From a virus: 45,306 nt of DNA. This document shows, in pieces, positions 34,779 to 42,158 of the stretch (position 1 is its first letter; each line of letters starts with the position of its first letter). A program made the position numbers and the translations under genes. Below the pieces are notes generated by a model. It was not told the origin of the DNA and made no database searches. It saw only the letters and a program-made list of their open reading frames with translations. Location: the IMG/VR virus record IMGVR_UViG_3300033146_001050, positions 1-45,306 of that record; one strand, written 5' to 3'.

Positions 34779-36503
34779 TTACTCCAGTAAGTCTCTAAGA
34801 GAATGACTCTTAAAGAACTCATTCATACTTCTTCCTGATGCTATTGACAAAACTACTTTTTCGTCTATAGTTCCTTTACAAATTAAATCTCTGTACAAAC
34901 AAGAACTCTTAACTCCTATTCTGTGTGATCTGTCTTCTGCTTGTAGTCTGTCTTCTACTCTAAATCCGTTAGAATAAAACTCCTGAGTTGTAGCATTTTG
35001 TAAGTTAAGACCGTAAGCTGCTGTAGCTGGATTGCCTAAGAAGATATCATACTCGTTATTCTTAAACGCTCTAAGAATCTCTTCTCTGTCTGACTGTGAT
35101 GTTTTGCCATAATACAAAGCTACATTGTACACTTTTTTCAGTTCTTTGTAAAGATATTCTAGTTCTGCATGGAATTGGCCCCAAATTATTACTGGAAATC
35201 TTACCTCTTCAAGATCTAACTTAAGAGCTTCTAGCTTAACATTCTTCTTACCTATAAGTTCTCCCTTAGCTCTTGTAAGAACTGATTGACCATCTTCTAC
35301 TTCTAATTGCATAGGATCTGTGTAAGGCACGTAGCACTTAAGATCGTGATCGTAAACTTCTTTAAGCGGAAAGAATCCACCGCATACTTGCATAAGTCTT
35401 GTTGTCAAGGCTATCTTATTCTGGACAGTAAGCTCCATACCATCATACTCGGCTATCATCTTAGTTTTAAGATCTTTATATACCTTAGCTTGTTCTTTAT
35501 TCATATCAACAAAGATCTGTTCATAAATCTTAGGCGGTAAATCAAGACACTGGCTCTTACTTATACTAAATGTAACAGGTGCTATTAACTCCTTAAGCTG
35601 TTTCAAGTTCTTAAACTTGCTGTACACTTCTTTACGTTCTATATATCGCACGTTACGCTCTGTTATGCTCATGCTCTGTGCAAACATATCATAATCATAG
35701 TCAGTAAGTTCATATTTGTACTCTTCTGTTGATTCCATGTGTTCTAGTGCATACTCAGCTTCTTTATCTGCTTTATACTTCTTGATTGAACTAAGTACAA
35801 TGCTCCATGTCTTCTCATCTATAAGAGTTTTGTATCTCATTCCAGACCGTTCATTAACACCAGTCATTAAAATACCGTATCTGTTCTCAAACTTGAAACT
35901 GTTCATCTCAAAATAATCATGCTTTAAGAACTCAAACATTGACCACAAACTGAATGGACTCTTAGTTACAGGAGTTCCTGTGAGTATGGCTCTCTGTCCA
36001 TACTTATTAAGCTTATGTATTAACTTACTTCTCTTAGCCTTTGGAGACTTGATCCGTGTTGCTTCGTCTACTACAATAAAAGGATTGACATTAAACGTCT
36101 TAACAAAATTAGCTACAAAAGATTCTATTGTTCCAGACTGAAAAGCTTCTACATTAACTGTAAGAATCTTAAGACAATCCATCTTCTTAGTTATGAACTC
36201 TGTAAGAGCGTTACCGTACACAAGACCATGAACCTTTGTACTGTTCCAAATAAAACACTTGTGCTCTACGTTAAGATGTTTCGGTATCTCTTCTAAGACC
36301 CACTGACTGTGTACATTGTTAGGTGCTATGATTAACATACAGTCTAGTAAGCCTTTACAATATCTGTAGCCAACTATATCAAGAGTAATCTTAGTTTTAC
36401 CAGTGCCCATGTCTGCGAACAGTGCAAAGTATGGTAAGTCCTTGAGTTGATTGAAAGCTTCAAGTTGGTGTTCATAAGGTTCTGTTTTGAACTCATACTT
36501 CAT
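34779..36503 (-). CDS. SNF2-family helicase/translocase
   Basis: FADMGTGKT (I). VVDEATRIK (II). LTGTPVTKSP (III). LQAEDRSHRIG (VI). Confidence 0.9.
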   Translation of the reverse strand: MKYEFKTEPYEHQLEAFNQLKDLPYFALFADMGTGKTKITLDIVGYRYCKGLLDCMLIIAPNNVHSQWVLEEIPKHLNVEHKCFIWNSTKVHGLVYGNALTEFITKKMDCLKILTVNVEAFQSGTIESFVANFVKTFNVNPFIVVDEATRIKSPKAKRSKLIHKLNKYGQRAILTGTPVTKSPFSLWSMFEFLKHDYFEMNSFKFENRYGILMTGVNERSGMRYKTLIDEKTWSIVLSSIKKYKADKEAEYALEHMESTEEYKYELTDYDYDMFAQSMSITERNVRYIERKEVYSKFKNLKQLKELIAPVTFSISKSQCLDLPPKIYEQIFVDMNKEQAKVYKDLKTKMIAEYDGMELTVQNKIALTTRLMQVCGGFFPLKEVYDHDLKCYVPYTDPMQLEVEDGQSVLTRAKGELIGKKNVKLEALKLDLEEVRFPVIIWGQFHAELEYLYKELKKVYNVALYYGKTSQSDREEILRAFKNNEYDIFLGNPATAAYGLNLQNATTQEFYSNGFRVEDRLQAEDRSHRIGVKSSCLYRDLICKGTIDEKVVLSIASGRSMNEFFKSHSLRDLLE

Positions 36504-36504
36504 A

Positions 36505-37101
36505 CTATTCTCCTATCAGCTTGCCGTAGTCTACAGCTAAGAGTTTCTCTGTCTTTGTATCTATCTTTCTTGATGACATATAGTCTGCAAGCATTACTAT
36601 TTCATTAAGAACATTCCTTTGTAAAGTAAACCTATAAGCTTTAACCTCTTCACATGACCACACTCCCATGTGCCCTGCTACTGCATTAGCTATATCTCTG
36701 TTCACGTAACTAGCTACTCCTATTGCACCTAGTTGTCCATGATGCTTGTACTCTTCTCTACTACCTTTGCCATTCTCATCTGCATGATAACCAAACTTTA
36801 AGATGTCATGTAACAGAGAAGCTGCTATTACATCGTTACTTGCTTCATTGTTTTGTTTTAAGTCAAAAGCAGCTAGTAGGTCTCTAGCTATCCATACTAC
36901 CATCTTCGTGTGTCTTATAAGCCCATGTCTTCCGTTATTTACAGCAGGATGGTACTTGCCTGATGTACTTGCCGGAGCTGTAAAGAAGTAGTCCTTAGAA
37001 ACTTTGTCAAAAGCTTCTAATACACTCTCTTTTACTCTTGGATCTGTTATCCAACTTAACTCTTCTGCAAAGACTGCTTGCGCTTTCTCTCTGTTAGTCA
37101 T
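36505..37101 (-). CDS. HD-domain phosphohydrolase
   Basis: LIRHTKMV ... SLLHDILK ... HH. 198 aa. Confidence 0.65.
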   Translation of the reverse strand: MTNREKAQAVFAEELSWITDPRVKESVLEAFDKVSKDYFFTAPASTSGKYHPAVNNGRHGLIRHTKMVVWIARDLLAAFDLKQNNEASNDVIAASLLHDILKFGYHADENGKGSREEYKHHGQLGAIGVASYVNRDIANAVAGHMGVWSCEEVKAYRFTLQRNVLNEIVMLADYMSSRKIDTKTEKLLAVDYGKLIGE

Positions 37102-37123
37102 TTTAACTCCTTAAAATAATTCA

Positions 37124-37348
37124 TTAGTAACTACCACCTTCCATTTGTCTTATTTCATCTTCCAGTTCTTCAATCCTTTTCTTAAGTCGTTCTATAGTTT
37201 CTATAGCTACTAGTAAATCAGCTCTTAATTCTGTCTTATCATTGTTAAGGCTATAGTTTATTAAGTCTTCCAATTCCTTAGCTGTATACTTAGTGCTGTT
37301 TATTTTGACACTTATACCTGTATCATCTACGTCAATTGTCACTGGCAT
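37124..37348 (-). CDS. small coiled-coil protein
   Basis: ORF track. RBS AGGAG. The C-terminus LKKRIEELEDEIRQME is coiled-coil-like. Confidence 0.4.
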   Translation of the reverse strand: MPVTIDVDDTGISVKINSTKYTAKELEDLINYSLNNDKTELRADLLVAIETIERLKKRIEELEDEIRQMEGGSY

Positions 37349-37416
37349 CTTCTAACTCCTATAGTGTATGTATATACATACACCTACAAATATTGCTACA
37401 CCACCAAAGAATAAAA

Positions 37417-37632
37417 TTATGAACAATTCTCCACCTCCATAACTCCAGTGATAAGTGAGCTTGTACAACCGGCACTACTATAGCGGTACTTTTCATCTCT
37501 TCCCCATACACGTCCTTCGTAATAGCTTGCGCACTTAGTTCCTAGACACTCTTTCCGAAACACTGGACACATAAGACTTAGTTGCTTAGCTCGTGACTCT
37601 AGTAATTCTACTGTAGCTTCATCTTTGTTCAT
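37417..37632 (-). CDS. small Cys-rich protein
   Basis: ORF track. 71 aa. Contains CPVFRKECLGTKC ... GC. Confidence 0.4.
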   Translation of the reverse strand: MNKDEATVELLESRAKQLSLMCPVFRKECLGTKCASYYEGRVWGRDEKYRYSSAGCTSSLITGVMEVENCS

Positions 37633-37657
37633 TTTCTAACTCCTAATAAATTTGTTA

Positions 37658-37730
37658 TACCACTAACAGGGCTTGAACCTGTAACCGCACTATTGCTAGC
37701 TACGTATGTTTCCAGTTACATTATAGTGGC
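37658..37730 (-). tRNA. tRNA-like element (73 nt; loop CUAGCAA would give anticodon AGC; defective anticodon stem)
   Basis: Minus strand: GCCACTA TA ATGT AACTGGAA ACAT A CGTAG CTAGCAA TAGTG CGGTT ACAGG TTCAAGC CCTGT TAGTGGT A. It has a 7-bp acceptor stem (G1-U72 wobble), a perfect 4-bp D stem with GG in the loop, and a perfect 5-bp T stem with a TTCAAGC loop. The anticodon stem has only 1 Watson-Crick pair plus 3 GU pairs. Confidence 0.45.
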
Positions 37731-37735
37731 TTACG

Positions 37736-37984
37736 TTACGACACTTTATTTCCGCACTTAATACACTTACGACTCTTATCTAAAGCCTCAAATCTCTTAC
37801 AATTTTCACAGTAAAAGAACAAGCTCTTAAGTTCTTTTAAACAAAATAAACAAGTTACCTCATTTAAGTTTCTAGTCCAGCCTAAATGCCTACAGTTTTG
37901 TTTATAGCCACATAGGCACTGTATGGTATTCTTAACTTCATCTGTGTAATGAACACAAGAATACTCTCTTCTATACCCTGCCAT
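37736..37984 (-). CDS. zinc-finger protein (H/C3 module + CxxC..CxxC module)
   Basis: HYTDEVKNTIQCLCGYKQNCRHLGWTRNLNEVTCLFCLKEL, then CENCKRFEALDKSRKCIKCG. Confidence 0.5.
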   Translation of the reverse strand: MAGYRREYSCVHYTDEVKNTIQCLCGYKQNCRHLGWTRNLNEVTCLFCLKELKSLFFYCENCKRFEALDKSRKCIKCGNKVS

Positions 37985-38258
37985 GTTTGTAAATCAAATA
38001 GGCCGATTGGGTACTAAAAGCAGTATAGTCCCTATCTCCTGAAGCTTTGTCAAAGTCATAAAACAAGTGAAGCTCACGGCATAACTGTTCAAAGCTATTC
38101 GTATTATGCTTAGGTTCAGTGACTTCTGGAAGCTTAGAACATAGGTCTATAATAGCAAAATAATTTTCTGTTTTAGGGCTTAATACAGTTGATTGTATTA
38201 AGCTGTTAATACAGTTAAGTCTTACCTTAAGTTTAAAAATTACTTCTTGTTCAGTCAT
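37971..38258 (-). CDS. hypothetical protein
   Basis: ORF track. 95 aa. Confidence 0.4.
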   Translation of the reverse strand: MTEQEVIFKLKVRLNCINSLIQSTVLSPKTENYFAIIDLCSKLPEVTEPKHNTNSFEQLCRELHLFYDFDKASGDRDYTAFSTQSAYLIYKHGRV

Positions 38259-38406
38259 CTAAAAAGTCCTCCGCTTCACTAGCTTTACGCTCTTCTTCAA
38301 GTATATCCTGATAAGTACAATAAGCTTCATACTCTCTATCATCTAAGATAAGTTCTTCATCTTCTGTTAAACTGTAAGTCTCTATATAATTATCTAGTCC
38401 TTTCAT
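38251..38406 (-). CDS. small acidic protein (51 aa)
   Basis: Below the ORF-track cut-off. ATG at 38406 has AAGGAG 7 nt upstream. MKGLDNYIETYSLTEDEELILDDREYEAY... ATGA overlap with the next gene. Confidence 0.35.
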   Translation of the reverse strand: MKGLDNYIETYSLTEDEELILDDREYEAYCTYQDILEEERKASEAEDFLDD

Positions 38407-38498
38407 CTTAATATCTCCTTTACACACTTCCAGAATATACCACTAAGTACTACAAGCCCTATGACCAGTGCGATACAACCACCTATAAAGTCAGGCAT
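38403..38498 (-). CDS. tiny membrane peptide (31 aa)
   Basis: Hand-translated MPDFIGGCIALVIGLVVLSGIFWKCVKEILR. The ATG overlaps the upstream stop and the TGA overlaps the downstream ATG. Confidence 0.25.
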   Translation of the reverse strand: MPDFIGGCIALVIGLVVLSGIFWKCVKEILR

Positions 38499-38949
38499 TG
38501 AGTTCCCACTTGTTATTACTATAACATTTAAGGCATACTGGACACTGCTTACGGTCTCCATATCTACAGTTATCACAAGTCTTACTCTCTTCCTTGTTGA
38601 GTAGCTCTCTACACTTGTTACAGTTCACACGGCTCTTGTTCAGTGTCGTAGCACACACAAAGCTTTTTAACTTTGTACCGCACAATGTTTCTAGTCCATT
38701 TTTTAAGTAATGTATGCTCATGTTCTTTAATTCCTTTCTTAATTCTAAAATATCTTTAAACAAATTGTTTCTTTGGTCTTGTTTAACAGTACCAAAGTCA
38801 AAGTGTAACTGTTTAGATTCTAGTCTTCTCTTACATGTAACACATGTCACGCGCTCTGTAAGAAATGTTATTTTTATTTTGTTTAAAGGTAAACCACATA
38901 AGGTCTTTTTATTGTCAGTAATATAATGCGTAAATCTTAGCTTGCTCAT
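38491..38949 (-). CDS. zinc-finger protein (two H/C3 modules + CxxC..CxxC)
   Basis: HYITDNKKTLCGLPLNKIKITFLTERVTCVTCKRRL. HYLKNGLETLCGTKLKSFVCATTLNKSRVNCNKCRELL. CDNCRYGDRKQCPVCLKC. Confidence 0.5.
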   Translation of the reverse strand: MSKLRFTHYITDNKKTLCGLPLNKIKITFLTERVTCVTCKRRLESKQLHFDFGTVKQDQRNNLFKDILELRKELKNMSIHYLKNGLETLCGTKLKSFVCATTLNKSRVNCNKCRELLNKEESKTCDNCRYGDRKQCPVCLKCYSNNKWELNA

Positions 38950-38959
38950 TCTCTATCTC

Positions 38960-39508
38960 CTAAAATTCTTTCTCTCTATGCCAACCTGTTTTGTATTCAG
39001 TCATTAACTGCAACAGTTCTTTACTGCCTTCATTAGACAATTCCATTATTCTTAGAACATGTGCTACAATCTGTTTACAAATATGTGCATCTGCAATAAA
39101 CTGACTGCCGCACCATAAAGGTAATACTGAACAAGCCAGAGTAGCACCTCTAAGATCAGTTCCATTAAGTTTAGCTCCTGTAAGATTAGCACCTCTAAGA
39201 TCAGCTTCTTTGAGTTTAACACCTGTAAGATTAGTACCTCTAAGATCAGCTTCTTTAAGCTTAGCTCCTGTAAGATCAGCTCCTGTAAGATCAGCTTTTC
39301 TAAGATCGGCACTTCTAAGATTAGCATATCTAAGATCAGCTTTTCTAAGATCAGCTCCTTTAAGCTTAGCTACTGTAAGATCAGCTTTTCTAAGATCAGC
39401 TTCTCTAAGATCAGCTCCTTTAAGCTTAACTCCTGTAAGCTCGGCACCTCTAAGATTAACTCCTGTAAGATCAGCTCCTGACTCTATTTTGTATCCGTTT
39501 ACTCTCAT
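38960..39508 (-). CDS. pentapeptide-repeat protein
   Basis: About 22 consecutive A(D/N)LxG/K-type pentapeptides (ADLTGVNLRGAELTGVKLKGADLREADLRKADLTVAKLKGADLRKADLRYANLRSADL...), followed by a ~60-aa non-repeat C-terminal domain. Confidence 0.85.
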   Translation of the reverse strand: MRVNGYKIESGADLTGVNLRGAELTGVKLKGADLREADLRKADLTVAKLKGADLRKADLRYANLRSADLRKADLTGADLTGAKLKEADLRGTNLTGVKLKEADLRGANLTGAKLNGTDLRGATLACSVLPLWCGSQFIADAHICKQIVAHVLRIMELSNEGSKELLQLMTEYKTGWHREKEF

Positions 39509-39518
39509 TTTCTATCTC

Positions 39519-40043
39519 CTATTCTCTTCTTATCCCCTGTTCATCCATCATATTAAGGCATAGTTCACAGGTTACTTCTTTTGTTATATCTGTCTTAAAC
39601 ACTGTATGATCTCTACTGTATCTACAATTAACTCCATTGTAGTGTGTTTTTCTTAGTGCTCTTAACGAAGGCGGTAAGCCATCTACGTAACCTAAGTGTT
39701 GCAAACACCTTATGCAGTCTACTTTGTGCTTGTCGTTAGTTAGCATGTTATCAGCATTGTCATTAGTCATGTTACAAATAGAAGTTTCACCATCTTCAGT
39801 GAAGTGTTTCTTAACTAACGTAGGTGCTAACTTGTAAGTCTTCTTAGTTTTTACTCTTCCAGTAGCTATCTCAAAGTCAAACACAGATCTTACTAATCTG
39901 TCCATAGTGATACATTTTACTTGACTCGTGTTACGCTCTGTATCTATAAGGACTATTGTCACTGACTCTTCATCATCATTAAACTCAAAATTGAAATCGT
40001 ACTTATCTGCAAGTGCTACTTTATCTTTTCTCGGTTCCATCAT
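39519..40043 (-). CDS. zinc-finger protein (two H/C3 modules)
   Basis: HFTEDGETSICNMTNDNADNMLTNDKHKVDCIRCLQHL and HYNGVNCRYSRDHTVFKTDITKEVTCELCLNMM. Confidence 0.5.
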   Translation of the reverse strand: MMEPRKDKVALADKYDFNFEFNDDEESVTIVLIDTERNTSQVKCITMDRLVRSVFDFEIATGRVKTKKTYKLAPTLVKKHFTEDGETSICNMTNDNADNMLTNDKHKVDCIRCLQHLGYVDGLPPSLRALRKTHYNGVNCRYSRDHTVFKTDITKEVTCELCLNMMDEQGIRRE

Positions 40044-40076
40044 TTTAGTACCTCATTGAACAAGCTATAGTTTTAA

Positions 40077-40110
40077 CTCTCTGTCTCTGTCTCTGTCTCT
40101 GTCTCTGTCT
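40077..40110. repeat. (CTCTGT)5 hexanucleotide microsatellite
   Basis: Five exact units at 40079..40108 plus partial units. Lies 34-67 nt upstream of the ATG at 40043. Confidence 0.95.
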
Positions 40111-40131
40111 ATATGGGGCAAGTGACATTGT

Positions 40132-40722
40132 TTATGCACTACATATACTCCCATCTTCATAAAACCAGTAGTCATTAACTTCACAGTTCTCTGCTACGCT
40201 CTCTCTACTTATACAGTCAGCATAATACCTTCTAAGCTCAGTATGTAGTATAGTACATTGCAGTCTATACCAATCAGTTATCTGCTCTCTGAACTTGTCT
40301 ACCATTTCTTCAAACTTATTAGTATCATCTGTAAGATCGTAGTTCTCTACTGCTATGTCAATATCTCTTACATAAGCATGGCAATAACGTGAAGCGTAGC
40401 TATTACTTATTGTCTGAATGTATAGATCAGCATCTTCTAGTAAATCTATGATATCAAAGTTAGCAAAGAACTCAGCAAACTTTAATACATTTTGCTCGGG
40501 GACTGTAAACGCAAAGTTTGAACCGCTTCCCTGACTACAACTTAAATCATAGTAGGTTCTTGTAATATGTATGCCTGTTCTTTTTTCGATGTCAACTATA
40601 AAATCATCTGTGACTACATCTGATTCAAAGTCTAAGTATCTTTCATAGTCACTTACTACTTTATCCTGAGCTTCTTTGTTTAGCTCATTAAACTGGTAAA
40701 CCTTAATTGTTACATCTTTCAC
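40132..40722 (-). CDS. hypothetical protein (conserved-looking phage/plasmid family, function unknown)
   Basis: GTG start after AGGAGATAGAAA. N-terminus VYQFNELNKEAQDKVVSDY. C-terminus NDYWFYEDGS. Confidence 0.45.
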   Translation of the reverse strand: MKDVTIKVYQFNELNKEAQDKVVSDYERYLDFESDVVTDDFIVDIEKRTGIHITRTYYDLSCSQGSGSNFAFTVPEQNVLKFAEFFANFDIIDLLEDADLYIQTISNSYASRYCHAYVRDIDIAVENYDLTDDTNKFEEMVDKFREQITDWYRLQCTILHTELRRYYADCISRESVAENCEVNDYWFYEDGSICSA

Positions 40723-40740
40723 TTTCTATCTCCTATTATC

Positions 40741-40793
40741 TTGTTTAGCTCTCTATAAGCTTGAGCAGTAGCTCTTGAAGCTACCGCCTAAAC
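40741..40793. repeat. 53-bp intergenic repeat, copy 1
   Basis: ttgtttagctctctataagcttgagcagtagctcttgaagctaccgcctaaac. 49/53 identical to 41298..41350. Confidence 0.9.
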
Positions 40794-40982
40794 CTACAAT
40801 AACTCTTCTAAGTAGTCAGCTTCTAGTCCAAAGTACTCTTGACAAATACACTCAGCTCCGTCAAGATCTTCTTGTAACAAATACTCTTCAAGTGCTGTCT
40901 CCGCTTGTCCTATAAGTTCCAGTGCCTCTTGTTCTGTCATTCCGTCTCTACGTATCAGTATATCTTTGATTGTCTCTGGCAT
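40794..40982 (-). CDS. small acidic protein
   Basis: ORF track. 62 aa, Glu/Asp/Leu-rich. Confidence 0.4.
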   Translation of the reverse strand: MPETIKDILIRRDGMTEQEALELIGQAETALEEYLLQEDLDGAECICQEYFGLEADYLEELL

Positions 40983-41038
40983 GTTACTTGCTCCTTGTTA
41001 TATCCTCTGCAAAAGTTGAATAAGCGTTATTCACACTG

Positions 41039-41275
41039 TCAATTACTTTCATTGGTTTCCTCAAACATACTATAGTTCTGACATGCATTGCAAGGATGAT
41101 CGTTACCGCTTTGACCACTATGTTTACAGACAAAACATCTGTCTGCTCTCTTACAGTTCTTACATGTTACTCTATCCATTCTCTGTGTCACGTGCCATGC
41201 ACCACCTTGTTCTTTATACCGTAAGCCGCAAGTTGTTCTGTCATTGTCTTCCAGAAAGTGTACTACTTTACTCAT
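41039..41275 (-). CDS. zinc-finger protein (H/C3 module + CxxC..CxxC)
   Basis: HFLEDNDRTTCGLRYKEQGGAWHVTQRMDRVTCKNCKR, then CFVCKHSGQSGNDHPCNAC. Confidence 0.5.
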   Translation of the reverse strand: MSKVVHFLEDNDRTTCGLRYKEQGGAWHVTQRMDRVTCKNCKRADRCFVCKHSGQSGNDHPCNACQNYSMFEETNESN

Positions 41276-41297
41276 TTTCTTATCTCCTAAAATATTA

Positions 41298-41350
41298 TTG
41301 TTTAGCTTCCTATAAGCTTGAGCAGTAACTCTTAAAGCTACCGCCTAAAC
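41298..41350. repeat. 53-bp intergenic repeat, copy 2
   Basis: ttgtttagcttcctataagcttgagcagtaactcttaaagctaccgcctaaac. Confidence 0.9.
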
Positions 41351-41356
41351 TGATAA

Positions 41357-41584
41357 TTAGTTAAGATTCTCTAAAGTTATTGTGCCTTCTGCTATTAGTT
41401 TCTTTCTCTCTTTGCTGTCAATACCAGTAAACTTTGTTATGTGCTTATTAGTAGTAACACTATAATTGTAGTACTTTTTATCTAGTACTATGTAACTACC
41501 ATGCTCTGTTAATTTGTTCATTGCTACACAAACACCGTAACTATAACATCTGTTTCCTACTACTTCCATGTTACTCTTACTCAT
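41357..41584 (-). CDS. hypothetical protein
   Basis: ORF track. RBS AGGAG. 75 aa. Confidence 0.4.
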   Translation of the reverse strand: MSKSNMEVVGNRCYSYGVCVAMNKLTEHGSYIVLDKKYYNYSVTTNKHITKFTGIDSKERKKLIAEGTITLENLN

Positions 41585-41616
41585 CTTAATATCTCCTATA
41601 TCTTTGACTTGTTTGC

Positions 41617-41886
41617 TTAACCTACACTATCGCATAAACTAAGTATGTTATTCATGTGATATTCTTCTTGAAACTTCTCTATTTTTATCATTAACTCTTC
41701 TAGTCCCTTAAACATATTAAAATCGCAAGAATCTATTTCATCATTGTTGTATTTGAAGCTAATAAAAGGATTATCATTCCTAAAGCTTACACCAGTCTTT
41801 ACAAACAAGTTGGTTAATTCTTGTTCCAGATAATACTTAACTGAACTATTACAAAACTCAGCTGTCAATTCTAATTCTCTATTCAT
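41617..41886 (-). CDS. hypothetical protein
   Basis: ORF track. RBS AGGAGATAGAAA. 89 aa. Confidence 0.4.
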   Translation of the reverse strand: MNRELELTAEFCNSSVKYYLEQELTNLFVKTGVSFRNDNPFISFKYNNDEIDSCDFNMFKGLEELMIKIEKFQEEYHMNNILSLCDSVG

Positions 41887-42158
41887 TTTCTATCTCCTAT
41901 GCAATTGTCTAACTTCATTAAACAATTCTTACAGGTTACTTGTTGCTTGCTCATTGTACAACTTAATCCAGTTGCTCTTCTGCCACAGATCAACTCTTTG
42001 TTACTTACCCTGTAGTGCACAACACTGTTCTTCATCTGAATACAGGATATACTTTCATACTGACTATGCTCTTTACAATTTAAACACTTTCTCTTGTCTA
42101 TGTTATATCTGCAAGTCTTACAACTTCTCTTAATCTCTACAATCATACCCCCTCCCAC
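41883..42158 (-). CDS. zinc-finger protein (CxxC..CxxC + H/C3 module)
   Basis: CKTCRYNIDKRKCLNCKEH, then HYRVSNKELICGRRATGLSCTMSKQQVTCKNCLMKL. Confidence 0.5.
   Translation of the reverse strand: MGGGMIVEIKRSCKTCRYNIDKRKCLNCKEHSQYESISCIQMKNSVVHYRVSNKELICGRRATGLSCTMSKQQVTCKNCLMKLDNCIGDRK

Noticed and set aside
39064-39563. Additional ORFs 39064..39327 (-) and 39210..39563 (+) over the pentapeptide-repeat gene
   Set aside because: These are alternative-frame and antisense readings of a periodic 15-nt DNA repeat. Their translations are low-complexity (LILEVLILQ..., RSAFLRSA...). Only the A(D/N)LxX frame has an RBS and a non-repeat C-terminal domain.
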